This document shows, one piece after another, positions 38,475 to 51,245 of a stretch of DNA of 64,000 nucleotides. How positions within the stretch are numbered: the first letter of the stretch is position 1; every line of letters starts with the position of its first letter. A program made the position numbers and the translations under genes. This DNA comes from Candidatus Moraniibacteriota bacterium (GTDB lineage: Bacteria > Patescibacteriota > Minisyncoccia > Moranbacterales > UBA1568), in NCBI GenBank assembly GCA_016699425.1, contig CP064975.1, forward strand, positions 718,098 through 782,097, in the 5' to 3' direction. A model generated the notes under the pieces. That model worked only from the letters and a program-made list of their open reading frames with translations. It made no database searches and had not been told where the DNA came from.

Positions 38475-39367
38475 GCCGCTATCGGTTGTTTCTTGAAATC
38501 CCAGGCGCTCACGACCGACGCGAGGAAGATGATCACACCACCGACGAGCTCGGTCACGCTGAGCGCTTCGCCGTAGAGGAGGATGCCGAGGATCGCCGCA
38601 AGGAAAAGCTCGAGTGAGAGGATGACCGTGCCGATATTCACGTCGAAATTCTGGAAGCCGTAGAGGAGGAGGTAGTTCAGGAGGAGCTGCAACACCGAAA
38701 ACGAAACGAGCGCGATGATTGCCTTCAGGCTCAATGCATGAACAGCGGTCTCATGTGACCAGAGGATGAGCACGGACGAACAGAGGGTGATGACGAGGAA
38801 CTGAATGATGGTGACCGTCGTCTTGTCCGCCCCGGTCAGGCCCTTCCGTATCCCATTGCCGATCCCCTCACTCGCACCAGACAATATCGCTGCCAATGTG
38901 CCGAAACCAAGTCCGAGTGCGATGTCGGCGGACATGAATAGATATAGTCCGAAGAACGCGAGAATGAGTGCGATGATCTTCTGGAGACCAAGCTTTTCCT
39001 TGAAGACTGCTGTGCCGATGACGAGTGAGACAAAGATGCTCGCCGCGTAGAGCAGGAAAATTGTCGAAGCGATCTTTATCTCGATAATGGCTATGGTGAA
39101 GAAGACGATGATGGATGTCGATATGATGCCGAGGAGCACCGCCCGCAGGATCTGACTCTTCGAGAGCAGCTTGATCTTCCCAAAAACGAGACCGAGGGTG
39201 AGGAGGAAAACAAACGCGAGCCCCATCCGAGCAGCGACCTGCGCATAGGTACCGAACATCTCCGACAGAATGCGGACGAGCGGACCGAACGAAGCGTAAA
39301 CCGCCGAACACGTAAAAAGGGCAGCCACGCCCTTGTATCGTTTGAAATTGAGACTACTTTCAATCAT
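38471..39367 (-). CDS. EamA/DMT-superfamily transporter (10 TM)
   Basis: Two repeated 5-TM EamA-like halves. Confidence 0.75.
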   Translation of the reverse strand: MIESSLNFKRYKGVAALFTCSAVYASFGPLVRILSEMFGTYAQVAARMGLAFVFLLTLGLVFGKIKLLSKSQILRAVLLGIISTSIIVFFTIAIIEIKIASTIFLLYAASIFVSLVIGTAVFKEKLGLQKIIALILAFFGLYLFMSADIALGLGFGTLAAILSGASEGIGNGIRKGLTGADKTTVTIIQFLVITLCSSVLILWSHETAVHALSLKAIIALVSFSVLQLLLNYLLLYGFQNFDVNIGTVILSLELFLAAILGILLYGEALSVTELVGGVIIFLASVVSAWDFKKQPIAA

Positions 39368-39393
39368 AAACAGGGAGTCGAGTTATGTCGGCC

Positions 39394-39930
39394 TCAGGAA
39401 AACAGCTCGAGCTCGATGAGGAGGCCTTTGTATTTTTCGAGGTAGTCCTTGGCTTGTTCGCGGTCGAGAGTGAAGGCGGGTTCGTTCACGATGCGGTTGC
39501 GGATGGCATGGGCCTCGGACAGGCCCTGATAGCTCTGGAGCTGGCCAGGGTGCATATTTGCCAAGCGCTCGGACATGTTTTCGCCATCAAAGCCGGACTC
39601 TTTCAGGAGACTATCAGCAAAGTGATCGGCTTCCAGGATGGCGACTTTGTAGTGTGACGGATTGTCGCTCTCCAGGCGACGCTCGACTGAGGCCCACTTG
39701 CCTGCGGCTTCATTCTTCCGGATGAGCGGACGAGTCGTGCCATAAATCTGCATCTTCAGGTTACCGGTCACGCCCCGCATGAGGACGAGCAAGACAACAT
39801 CCGCGATCATGACCAGCGAATAGACGATGAGGAAAACCTTCAGTACCGTGAACAGGGCCGACTGAGTGATGATATTCCAAATAGCCGGCGCCATGCCGAG
39901 GACACCGAGAGCGTCGAATTCAGTATTCAT
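39394..39930 (-). CDS. Hypothetical membrane-anchored protein (N-terminal TM helices plus a soluble domain)
   Basis: 178-aa ORF with no recognisable motif. The opposing plus-strand ORF looks like antisense noise. Confidence 0.45.
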   Translation of the reverse strand: MNTEFDALGVLGMAPAIWNIITQSALFTVLKVFLIVYSLVMIADVVLLVLMRGVTGNLKMQIYGTTRPLIRKNEAAGKWASVERRLESDNPSHYKVAILEADHFADSLLKESGFDGENMSERLANMHPGQLQSYQGLSEAHAIRNRIVNEPAFTLDREQAKDYLEKYKGLLIELELFS

Positions 39931-40072
39931 ATGGCTTGCCCCGTTACAAGCTTACGGAAATAAAGCGAAAAGGCGCGATCGAAAACTCACTTCTTGTAGT
40001 ATAACCCAAAAACATCGAAACAAAGCTTATAACGGGGTGAATATTATAGCCGGATTTCGGATCTTTCCTCTG

Positions 40073-41533
40073 CTACAGACTCACCTGCTTGCCCGCCTGT
40101 TCGTATGCGTGGGCGAGATCGAGGACAGTCTGTTCTTCGAACCACTCTCCCATGAGCTGTCCGCCGAGTGGGAGCGCTACACCGTCTTCGACTGCCGTCC
40201 CGATGGGAAATGAGATGGCCGGGACGCCGACCAAGTTGGCCGTGACCGTATAGATGTCAGAGAAATACATCGTGAGCGGATCATCCGTCTTGGCCCCGAG
40301 TTTGAAGGCTGGCTCTGGCGCGGTTGGACAAAACACGGCATCGACGGTCGCAAAGGCATCTCGGAAATCCTTGCGGAGAAGCGAGCGGACGGCCTGGGCT
40401 TTCTTGTAGTAGGCGTCATAGTAGCCGGCTGAGAGCGCATAGGTACCGAGCATGATGCGGCGCTTCACCTCGGGGCCAAGGCCGATCTTGCGGGTGTCGA
40501 GATAGGTCTCGAGCAAGGTTGAGGTCTTTTCGAGCGAGTCCTCGGCATCATTCACCGACAGGCCATAGCGAATGCCGTCGAAGCGGGCCAGGTTGGAGCT
40601 AGTCTCGGACGGTTGGATGATATAGTACACCGGCAGCGCAAAACGGCTGTGCGGGAGAGACAACGGCACGATCTCGCAACCGAGCGAGCGAAAGGTCTCG
40701 ATCGCCTGTTCACTCGCGGCCTTCACCCGAGGGTCAGGGATATCAGTGAAATACTCATGCGGAATACCGATCCGTTTCCCTCGCACATCCGGGTTGAGCT
40801 TGGTTTCGAAAGCCTCCTCTGGTCGATCCGCCGCGGTCGCATCGAGCGGGTCAGGACCGACGAGACGTGAGAGGACGATGGCGATATCCTCGACGGTCTT
40901 ACCGAACGGACCGATCTGATCGAGACTCGATGCCATCGCGATGAGGCCCGAGCGTGAGACGCGGCCATAGGTCGGCTTCAATCCATACACGCCACAGAAC
41001 GCGGCTGGCTGGCGGATAGAGCCACCCGTGTCCGAACCAAGCGCATAGACCGCCATATCGGCAGCGACGGCGACGGCTGACCCACCCGAGCTGCCACCCG
41101 GGACCCGCGTCGGATCGAGCGGATGTCGCGTCGGACCATAGCCACTGTTTTCGGTCGAGGCCCCCATGGCGAATTCATCCAGATTCGTCTTGCCGAGGAT
41201 GACTGCGTGAGCGGCGCGCAGCTTCTTCACAGCAGTCGCATCATAGGTCGCAATGTAGTTGTCGAGGATTTTCGATCCCGCCGTCGTCCGCTCCCCCACC
41301 ATCACCATGTTGTCCTTCACGGCACCAGGGATGCCCGCCAGGAGGCCGATCGTCTCGCCGCGTTTCACTGCCTGATCCACCGCCTCGGCTTCGCGCAGCG
41401 CCTCGGCTTCGCGCAGCGTGAGGAAGGCATGAAGAGTCGCATCGCGTTCCTGGATACGCGCAAAATACTCGGCGGTCAATTCTGTCGCCTTCTTTTCACC
41501 GCTTTGAATTCGATCGTGCAGTTCGCGAATCAT
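40073..41533 (-). CDS. gatA: Glutamyl-tRNA(Gln) amidotransferase subunit A
   Basis: Amidase signature GGSSGGSAVAVAA and Ser-cisSer-Lys triad context. Confidence 0.9.
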   Translation of the reverse strand: MIRELHDRIQSGEKKATELTAEYFARIQERDATLHAFLTLREAEALREAEAVDQAVKRGETIGLLAGIPGAVKDNMVMVGERTTAGSKILDNYIATYDATAVKKLRAAHAVILGKTNLDEFAMGASTENSGYGPTRHPLDPTRVPGGSSGGSAVAVAADMAVYALGSDTGGSIRQPAAFCGVYGLKPTYGRVSRSGLIAMASSLDQIGPFGKTVEDIAIVLSRLVGPDPLDATAADRPEEAFETKLNPDVRGKRIGIPHEYFTDIPDPRVKAASEQAIETFRSLGCEIVPLSLPHSRFALPVYYIIQPSETSSNLARFDGIRYGLSVNDAEDSLEKTSTLLETYLDTRKIGLGPEVKRRIMLGTYALSAGYYDAYYKKAQAVRSLLRKDFRDAFATVDAVFCPTAPEPAFKLGAKTDDPLTMYFSDIYTVTANLVGVPAISFPIGTAVEDGVALPLGGQLMGEWFEEQTVLDLAHAYEQAGKQVSL

Positions 41534-41645
41534 ATGTGACTAATTTACCACTCACCACTAACAACCAACAACAGAAATACTAAGTGCTCCTTCATAATCT
41601 TTACCATGCTGTATCTTTCGTAGTCTGTCGTTGGTTGTCGGTTAT

Positions 41646-41927
41646 TCAGAACACCGATTTCACTTTGAAATAACTGTCCTTCTTGTCGGGGGCATTCTCC
41701 AAGATACGCGGCGCTTCTCCAGATAGCGAAGCGATATCTTCCGCTGAGCGGTCGGATTCAGGCGCCATGGACGTTTCGGTCGGCGCACCGGAAATATCTG
41801 CCTCCTTCAGCTCTCCGAACCAGTCGAGGACGGCGGAGAGGTCCCTCTGGAAATGCGACACTTCCTCGTCGGTCAGCCCGACACGGGCGAGGGTCGCAAT
41901 TTTTTTCACTTCGTCAGTTGAGAGCAT
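41646..41927 (-). CDS. gatC: Glutamyl-tRNA(Gln) amidotransferase subunit C
   Basis: MLSTDEVKKIATLARVGLTDEEVSHFQRDLSAVLDWF. Confidence 0.85.
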   Translation of the reverse strand: MLSTDEVKKIATLARVGLTDEEVSHFQRDLSAVLDWFGELKEADISGAPTETSMAPESDRSAEDIASLSGEAPRILENAPDKKDSYFKVKSVF

Positions 41928-41959
41928 AGCTGAAATGCAGTGACTAGTTACTAGTTTAC

Positions 41960-44647
<2,688 letters not shown>

Positions 44648-44657
<10 letters not shown>

Positions 44658-45247
44658 TTATCGAGAAAGAGTTCTGTGTAGACGCACTGATTTCCGAGTG
44701 TACACCACGCCACTGCTCCCGAACCATTCAGATTCGAGCCTGGATCCTGCCACGAGACAAAGCTCTGCACCCGCGCCGAATCAGCACTACCTGATTGGTC
44801 GATCTTCAGCACTCGGAAGAAGCGGCTCGCTGTGATCCCCGCCCCATGCTGGTACAGACCATTGCCATTCATCCTCAGCGCGAACGATGGGCTAGAACAA
44901 TTGAATGTAGTATCGCCAAAACTGGCTGTGCAACGCTCATTCGCCGCAGTTGGGAAATAGCGGAAAGGATCGCAGTTGCCCGATGTTGAAGTCGAACAGT
45001 TATCACCTGTGGTCCAATTTTTGGTCCGATAGGCGATATTGTTGTCACGGATATTGCGCACGATTTCCGCTCCTTCCTGGGCCAGCCCGGATGCGATGAT
45101 GACGTTCCGCGTATCAAATGACTGCCGATGCGAGGCCGAGAAGAGACTCATGACTGTCACCATACCCACCGTAAGGACGAAACCAGACAACAACACCTCG
45201 GCGATAGTGAAGCCCTTGATCGGGGATGTCAGCGGCGTTCTGTGCAT
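44648..45247 (-). CDS. Minor (pseudo)pilin
   Basis: KGFTIAEVLLSGFVLTVGMV prepilin motif. Cys-rich globular domain. Confidence 0.7.
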
Positions 45248-45256
45248 ATGTGTTTG

Positions 45257-45754
45257 CTAGGGGCAAGTGCTATTCGAGCCATTTTCCGAGATCTGTCCGG
45301 CCGCAGAGAGACAGACATACACCGTCGAACCATCCTTTGTAAGGGCGATGCTCGCCGGAGCGGGCGTCAATACGCCGCGTGGCACTGAGAAACTGGCGGT
45401 CAGGTTTGATCCGAAGACAACACCCCGCGTCAAGCTGTAGTTCGACAGGGAATCATTCGATCCGCAGCCGCTGCCATACGTATGACGCAGTGAATAATTG
45501 CTGCTACCGCTCGTCACCTGGACACTGTAGGAGCAGTTGTTTTCGCCGATGCTCGCACTCCGCCCAGACAGAGCATAGTTCTGCGCCTCACGGAGTACCG
45601 CCGCGACCTCGCGTGAGGACCGGTCCAAGTCCCGCGCTGTACGAGCACCCGCGAGCGAAACAAGCACCATCGCGCTCAAAATACCAATGATTGCAATGAC
45701 GATGAGTACTTCGATCAACGTGAAGCCCCGTCTCCTATTTTTTGTTTCTTGCAT
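45257..45754 (-). CDS. Type IV pilin-like protein
   Basis: [20 protein letters not shown] prepilin motif. Confidence 0.7.
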   Translation of the reverse strand: MQETKNRRRGFTLIEVLIVIAIIGILSAMVLVSLAGARTARDLDRSSREVAAVLREAQNYALSGRSASIGENNCSYSVQVTSGSSNYSLRHTYGSGCGSNDSLSNYSLTRGVVFGSNLTASFSVPRGVLTPAPASIALTKDGSTVYVCLSAAGQISENGSNSTCP

Positions 45755-45769
45755 GCCCTCATTGTACCG

Positions 45770-46573
45770 CTAAATGGGCGAAAAGAGGAACAGACTCAGC
45801 CACCACGGATCCACAGCCTGAACGAAGAGTGTCAACAGTGTCCCGGCCACGAGAAACGGAGCAAACGGGATTTGGCTCTTCATCCCCCGCTTCCCGAGCC
45901 AGAGGAGTGTGATACCGATGACGCTGCCGATGGAGAATGAGAGCGTGAACAGGATGAGCAGGGCCGGCAATCCGATCGCCGCCCCAGCGATGCCAGCGAG
46001 CCAAACATCGCCCATCCCCATCCATGTCTCATGAGAGAAATAGACGAGCGCATAAAAAATGAGGGCCGCAATGCCTCCGCCCCAGAGCATGTCCCGCCAG
46101 GGCGCCGCCGCGTCAAACCAATTTCCCGGTGCCAGAGCAGTCGCCGTCAGAGCATAAGTCGCTGCCGCGATGACTCCGACAAGGAGGAGCACGAGGGGGA
46201 TCTCCATATTGCGCGCATCATAGAGCGCGATCACGATAAAGAGCGAAACGAGGATCAGCCACCAAGCCGTGAACACCAGATCAGCCATGGTCCCTGTCCC
46301 AATGGCCAGCGTCCCAAAAAGAGCGAAGAGAACACCGGTCGCGAATTCAACTGTTGGATACTGCCAGGAAATCGGGAAGTGGCACTCTCGACAACGGCGA
46401 CCGAGGAGGAAGAAAGAGAGGACCGGGATATTGTCATACCAACGGATGAGCTTGCCGCATGACGGACACTGCGACCGGCCACTGAGTGTCTTTTCGGACT
46501 CCAGCCGCAGGACGACGACATTCAGGAAACTCCCGATGATGAGACCGAGGAGGAAGAAAAAGAGGATGAGCAT
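45770..46573 (-). CDS. pilD: Prepilin peptidase (A24 family) with an N-terminal Zn-binding CxxC…CxxC
   Basis: LIIGSFLNVVVLRL…CPSCGKLIRWYDNIPVLS…RCRECHFPI. The DxxD catalytic region is in the membrane core. Confidence 0.85.
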   Translation of the reverse strand: MLILFFFLLGLIIGSFLNVVVLRLESEKTLSGRSQCPSCGKLIRWYDNIPVLSFFLLGRRCRECHFPISWQYPTVEFATGVLFALFGTLAIGTGTMADLVFTAWWLILVSLFIVIALYDARNMEIPLVLLLVGVIAAATYALTATALAPGNWFDAAAPWRDMLWGGGIAALIFYALVYFSHETWMGMGDVWLAGIAGAAIGLPALLILFTLSFSIGSVIGITLLWLGKRGMKSQIPFAPFLVAGTLLTLFVQAVDPWWLSLFLFSPI

Positions 46574-46689
46574 ACTCCAAACCAGGGGGTGTCCACACAC
46601 TTCCCGGAGACAATTAAACTTAACTCAGGCTGAAACGCACGAGCTCTTTCAAAAGCGACAACAACGCCTGTTGCTCCGGCGAGAGGATT

Positions 46690-46980
46690 TCAGCGTGCAG
46701 CATAGCGGGAGAAGTACAATCGGAAGTAATTCGCTATCTCTGGACGGTAATTGCTCCTGGGTTTCTCCTGCTGATCGGAAAAAACTTTCGCTGTTGCATC
46801 GAGACCGATGAGAGCAAAGAGATCCTGGACATCCTGCCAGGTCCCATAGTTGAGCGTATGCTCGACAATGGAAGATGCTGAGAGCTGTTCCAAATTCCTC
46901 ACGTGCCAGACGAGGTGGGGACGAGCCTGAATAAACTGATTGAGGGCTATGTTGTCGCTCATATTTTCCGGTAAAAACAC
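46690..46980 (-). CDS. Hypothetical 96-aa protein between the pilin cluster and pilD
   Basis: ORF only. No recognisable motif. Confidence 0.3.
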   Translation of the reverse strand: MFLPENMSDNIALNQFIQARPHLVWHVRNLEQLSASSIVEHTLNYGTWQDVQDLFALIGLDATAKVFSDQQEKPRSNYRPEIANYFRLYFSRYAAR

Positions 46981-47063
46981 CCGATTATTACCCTTATCTT
47001 AGCACAAAAAGGCCTTTATTTCAATGGAAATATGCAACAAGTATACCAAAATCCCACACATAT

Positions 47064-47090
47064 CCACAAAAAAGAGGCCGCTCGGGCCTC
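47064..47090 (-). terminator. Strong rho-independent terminator after the third pilin gene (GAGGCC-CGAGC-GGCCUC followed by U6-7)
   Basis: Inverted repeat at plus 47074-47090, preceded on the plus strand by A7. Confidence 0.65.
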
Positions 47091-47118
47091 TAGCTGTCGT
47101 CACACTCGCTGCTACGGG

Positions 47119-47544
47119 CTAGACGCAGCCCGGGGCCGTCCCGACAAAACCCGTGATACCTGTTTCTTGCATCGTCGCCGTACAGGTGCCAGTCAAGTTG
47201 GCCGCTGGGACATCGATTTGAAATGTACCCGCACCAGCCTGGCCACATGACGGAGTAGTTACTTCGGCGATACCCGCCACATCGATGACATCTTCAGAGA
47301 TATCACCAAACGTCGCTCCCCCATCCGCGTAATCACCCATAGAATCGCTATCACAGGCCGAGATCGCCTGCGTCTGCATGCTATGCGCGACGGCCTTGAA
47401 TTTTGCCATCTTCGCCTTCTCCCGAGCGCTCGACAACGAGACGAGCACGATCGAGGCGAGAATGCCGATGATCGCGATGACGATGAGGAGTTCAATCAAG
47501 GTGAAACCGGTTCGGCGGATACCTCGTAAGGAAAGTTTCTTCAC
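47119..47544 (-). CDS. pilA: Type IV major pilin (PilA-like), copy 3 (diverged)
   Basis: [36 protein letters not shown]-terminal disulfide pair. Confidence 0.8.
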   Translation of the reverse strand: MKKLSLRGIRRTGFTLIELLIVIAIIGILASIVLVSLSSAREKAKMAKFKAVAHSMQTQAISACDSDSMGDYADGGATFGDISEDVIDVAGIAEVTTPSCGQAGAGTFQIDVPAANLTGTCTATMQETGITGFVGTAPGCV

Positions 47545-47585
47545 GATGCTTTTAGTGACAATTTAGCAATATTCTCAGCTCAATT

Positions 47586-47613
47586 GATTCATCAAGGATG
47601 CCCTTGATGAATC
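47586..47613 (-). promoter_or_regulatory. Perfect 12-bp stem-loop (GAUUCAUCAAGG-AUGC-CCUUGAUGAAUC) without a U-tract, between pilin genes 2 and 3
   Basis: Exact inverted repeat at 47586-47597 and 47602-47613. Confidence 0.5.
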
Positions 47614-47629
47614 ATTCAACCGAGAAGGC

Positions 47630-48055
47630 CTAGCAACCTAATGGGAAGGTCACGCCTGTATCCGTGAGGATAGTGGTATCTGCAGTCTCACATGCTGTTG
47701 CTGCCGCAGAACTCCCAAGTTCTATCGAGGACGTTGTCAACGAGAAGGTCCCAGCTCCATTTACCCCGCAGCTATCAGCTGCACCGAAAGCCAACGGGTC
47801 CATCTTGAGCTGGCTCGTCGGTAGTGTTACTTCGCCAGCCGCTAAGTCACCGTCTGCATCTGAATCACACACCAGAATCGCAGATGCTTGGACCGAATGC
47901 ACCTGAGCCTTGTAGGCGGCGATGTTCGCCTTTTCACGGGCGCCCGAGAGCGAGACGAGGACGATCGAGGCGAGAATGCCGATGATCGCGATGACGATGA
48001 GGAGTTCGATCAAGGTGAAACCTCTTTTCTGTGCCTGCTTCAATATTGCGTGCAT
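47630..48055 (-). CDS. pilA: Type IV major pilin (PilA-like), copy 2
   Basis: [42 protein letters not shown]. About 88% identical to copy 1. Confidence 0.8.
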   Translation of the reverse strand: MHAILKQAQKRGFTLIELLIVIAIIGILASIVLVSLSGAREKANIAAYKAQVHSVQASAILVCDSDADGDLAAGEVTLPTSQLKMDPLAFGAADSCGVNGAGTFSLTTSSIELGSSAAATACETADTTILTDTGVTFPLGC

Positions 48056-48104
48056 ATCTGTTTATTATTTTTAGCTCACTTTACTTAATTTTTAGAGCTT
48101 CGGC

Positions 48105-48128
48105 ATCTGCCGAAACCATTCGGCAGAT
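48105..48128 (-). promoter_or_regulatory. Perfect 10-bp stem-loop (AUCUGCCGAA-ACCA-UUCGGCAGAU) without a U-tract, between pilin genes 1 and 2
   Basis: Exact inverted repeat at 48105-48114 and 48119-48128. Confidence 0.5.
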
Positions 48129-48144
48129 AGAAAACCCTAAACAC

Positions 48145-48567
48145 TTAGCAACCTAATGGGAAGGTCACGCCTGTATCCGTGAGGATCGTGGTATCTGCAA
48201 CCTCACATGCTGTTGCTGCCGCAGAACTCCCAAGTTCTATCGAGGATGTTCTCAATGAGAAGGTCCCGGCTCCGTTTACCCCACAGTTATCAGCTGTGGC
48301 GTAATTTAATGGGTCCATCTTGAGATTAGCTGCCGGCGGTAGTGTTACTTCGCCAGCCGCTAAGTTACCGTCTGCATCTGAATCACACACCAGAATCGCG
48401 GATGACTGGACCGAGTGAACCTGAGCCTTGTAAGCGGCGATATTCGCCTTCTCCCGTGCTCCCGAGAGCGAGACGAGGACGATCGAGGCGAGAATGCCGA
48501 TGATCGCGATGACGATGAGGAGTTCGATCAAGGTGAAACCTTTGTATGTTTTATTCATAATTCTCAC
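48145..48567 (-). CDS. pilA: Type IV major pilin (PilA-like), copy 1. A strong AAGGAGG Shine-Dalgarno sequence lies upstream.
   Basis: [42 protein letters not shown]. Confidence 0.8.
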   Translation of the reverse strand: MRIMNKTYKGFTLIELLIVIAIIGILASIVLVSLSGAREKANIAAYKAQVHSVQSSAILVCDSDADGNLAAGEVTLPPAANLKMDPLNYATADNCGVNGAGTFSLRTSSIELGSSAAATACEVADTTILTDTGVTFPLGC

Positions 48568-48758
48568 CTCCTTTCCTATTTGTTTTTATTTTCGTACATC
48601 TGTAGTATATCGTATCCTTCACACCCTGGCTAGAAATGTGTCAACCCCACGGAAAGTGACCAGTGCCAAGAAACCAGTGACCTGAGACTCTACATCCCAT
48701 CGTAACAAAATTTCTAAAGATTTCTTTTGTCACATGTCATCTGTTTCTGGTTGCTCGC

Positions 48759-49976
48759 CTACATCTGCCCAGCGATATTGTAAATCGGCATGAGCACACC
48801 AACAGTCAGAATACCGACACCGATACCGAGAAAGACGATGAGGATCGGTTCGATGAGGGACGTGAGGTTGCGTGTCATCACCTCGACCTCTTGATCATAG
48901 AACTTGCCGATGCCCTCGAGTACATGGGACATGGTACCGGTCTCCTCACCGATTTTCACCATCTGAGCGACAATCGGCGGGATCTCGGCTGGGAAATGCC
49001 GGAACACCCCGCTCATCGCTCCACCTGTCTTCACTTCCTCGGCGGCTTTCAACATGATCTGAGCGTAGACTGTGTTGCCGATAACATCACTCGTAATCAT
49101 GAGCGCCCGGACAACTGGGATACCGCCCGCCATGAGCGCGGCGAGGTTGTCCGCCAGGCGGGTAATATAGACATTTTTGGCCAAAGTCTTGAAAACGGGG
49201 AGATGGAGCACGATGATGTCCCATTCTCGCTTGCCACTTTCCGAACGGAAATAATAGTAGACCGTCACTGCGACTGCAATGAGTGCGATGAGCACCGCCC
49301 ACCAGTACGCATTCATGAAGTCACCGAGATTGATGAGGACCGTCGTATACCATGGCACGGGGACATTCAAATCCTTGATAAGCAAAGTGATTTTTGGCAG
49401 GATAAACGTCACGACAATGAAGGCGATCACTCCAGCCACCGCCAACACAAACGCCGGGTAGAAAAGCGCCCCCCGGACCTTCGACGTCAGATGGTAATTC
49501 TTCTCGATGTTATCAGCGACAAATTCGATCGAGCGCTGGAGATTGCCCGAGACCTCTCCCGACCGGATGAGATTGATCGTCATCGCATCAAAGACCGTCG
49601 GGTGCTTCTCAAGAGATTCGGAAAATGACATACCGTCTTCGATATCATCCTCCATTTCATGCAACACAGCGCGGAGAAAGTGGTTTTCCGACTGTTCACT
49701 GATCGTCTTGAGCGATGTCACTACCGGCACATGTGCCTCGATCAAGGTCGCCAGCTGCCGGAAAATAACCATCAATTCCTTCTGGGAAGCGCCTTCCCAG
49801 AGCTTTTGGACCCCTCGCACAATACCGCCAAACCCGCCCCGCTCATCCGAGACGACCTGCAACGGGATGAGGCTATTCTTCTGGAGGATCTCGATCGCCG
49901 CCTCGCGCGAAATCGCCTCGACGAGCCCCTCCTTCAGGTCGCCGGTCTCTGTTTTGGCTTTGAAATTGAATTTCAT
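48759..49976 (-). CDS. pilC: Type IV pilus inner-membrane platform protein PilC (GspF family)
   Basis: Two GspF repeats and three TM helices. 405 aa. Confidence 0.9.
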   Translation of the reverse strand: MKFNFKAKTETGDLKEGLVEAISREAAIEILQKNSLIPLQVVSDERGGFGGIVRGVQKLWEGASQKELMVIFRQLATLIEAHVPVVTSLKTISEQSENHFLRAVLHEMEDDIEDGMSFSESLEKHPTVFDAMTINLIRSGEVSGNLQRSIEFVADNIEKNYHLTSKVRGALFYPAFVLAVAGVIAFIVVTFILPKITLLIKDLNVPVPWYTTVLINLGDFMNAYWWAVLIALIAVAVTVYYYFRSESGKREWDIIVLHLPVFKTLAKNVYITRLADNLAALMAGGIPVVRALMITSDVIGNTVYAQIMLKAAEEVKTGGAMSGVFRHFPAEIPPIVAQMVKIGEETGTMSHVLEGIGKFYDQEVEVMTRNLTSLIEPILIVFLGIGVGILTVGVLMPIYNIAGQM

Positions 49977-50033
49977 AGGCGTGTGCTCGGCTTCTCTGTC
50001 TCGCCAGCGGAGTCACCCCCGCTTCGTACATAC

Positions 50034-51185
50034 TTAATTATCTTCCTTCCGGACGAGCATCGTGAAATAATCCTTGTTCTTGGCATAAGCGGTGGCGTCA
50101 TCGATCGCGACGATACCTCGACGCACGAGATCAGCGAGCGACCGATCGAGTGACACCATCCCCTCCTTCATACTGGTTTCGATGACGGAGTCGAGCTGGT
50201 GGACCTTATTCTCTCGGATGAGGTTTTCCACGGCATGGTTCTTGAACATGATCTCAATCGCTGGCACCCGACCACCCGAGAGCTGCGGCAAGAGGCGCTG
50301 CGAGACAACCCCGAGGAGCACATTGGCCAGCTGGAGCCGGATCTGGTTCTGCTGATGCGCTGGGAAGACATCGATAACGCGGTCGATCGTCTGAGGAGCG
50401 TCATTGGTATGGAGCGTCGCAAAGATGAGGTGACCGGTTTCAGCCGCGGTCATAGCTGTCGAGATCGTGTCGAGATCGCGCAGTTCGCCGAGGAGCACGA
50501 CATTTACGTCCTCGCGCAAGACCGCCCGAAGTGCCGAGGAAAAACTCTTGGCATCCCGGCCCACTTCGCGCTGATTGATGATGCAGCGGTCCTGTTCATA
50601 CACAAATTCGATCGGGTCTTCGATCGTGACGATATGCTTCTCCTGAGTGTGATTGATATGGTCGATGAGCGCGGCCAAGGTCGTCGACTTGCCATGGCCG
50701 ACGGGACCAGTCATAAGGACGAGCCCCTGACTGACATTGGTGAAGTTATACAGTGACGTCGGCACATTGAGTTCCTCGAGTGCGCGGATCTTGTTCATCA
50801 CGAAGCGCATCGCGATCGAGACGTAGCCTTTCTGATAGAAAATGTTAACGCGAAAGCGCGCCCGGTCCTCGAAATTGTAGGAGAGGTCGGTCTGACCGTC
50901 TTCTGTAAGTTCCGCCTTCTTATCCTCAGTCAGGATGATCTCGGCGAGCGCCTTGGTATCCGCCGGCGTGAGGATTTTCTCTTTGGTCAGCTGATGAAGC
51001 TTGCCGTTGATGCGGAGCGTCGGAAAACGGCCGATGACAAAATGGACATCCGAGGCGCCCTGCTGTCCCACAATCGCAAGGATATTTTTCAGCCGCGCTT
51101 CGATATCCAGCTGTTCCATAGACATGCTTCCTGTTTGTTTTTTCCTTACCCTTAGTAGTCTAACATCTTTTTTCGCTTTCCCCAC
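50034..51185 (-). CDS. pilT: Type IV pilus retraction ATPase PilT-like
   Basis: LMTGPVGHGKSTTLAALIDHIN Walker A. Asp box, His box and AIRNLIRE-like motif (AVENLIRENK). Confidence 0.85.
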   Translation of the reverse strand: MGKAKKDVRLLRVRKKQTGSMSMEQLDIEARLKNILAIVGQQGASDVHFVIGRFPTLRINGKLHQLTKEKILTPADTKALAEIILTEDKKAELTEDGQTDLSYNFEDRARFRVNIFYQKGYVSIAMRFVMNKIRALEELNVPTSLYNFTNVSQGLVLMTGPVGHGKSTTLAALIDHINHTQEKHIVTIEDPIEFVYEQDRCIINQREVGRDAKSFSSALRAVLREDVNVVLLGELRDLDTISTAMTAAETGHLIFATLHTNDAPQTIDRVIDVFPAHQQNQIRLQLANVLLGVVSQRLLPQLSGGRVPAIEIMFKNHAVENLIRENKVHQLDSVIETSMKEGMVSLDRSLADLVRRGIVAIDDATAYAKNKDYFTMLVRKEDN

Positions 51186-51245
51186 TCCCTCTCCTCATGA
51201 GTACGGGACGCCCAATCGCACATCGCCCTGCTGCGATCCCTCTGA

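Larger units (their letters stand above)
47630..48567 (-). repeat. Tandem duplication of a pilin gene (unit about 515 bp). The 5' and 3' gene segments are near-identical and the central segment is divergent.
   Basis: Identical runs (for example gagcgagacgaggacgatcgaggcgagaatgccgatgatcgcgatgacgatgaggagttcgatcaaggtgaaacc) occur in both copies, and about 70 bp of this also occurs in copy 3. Confidence 0.75.
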
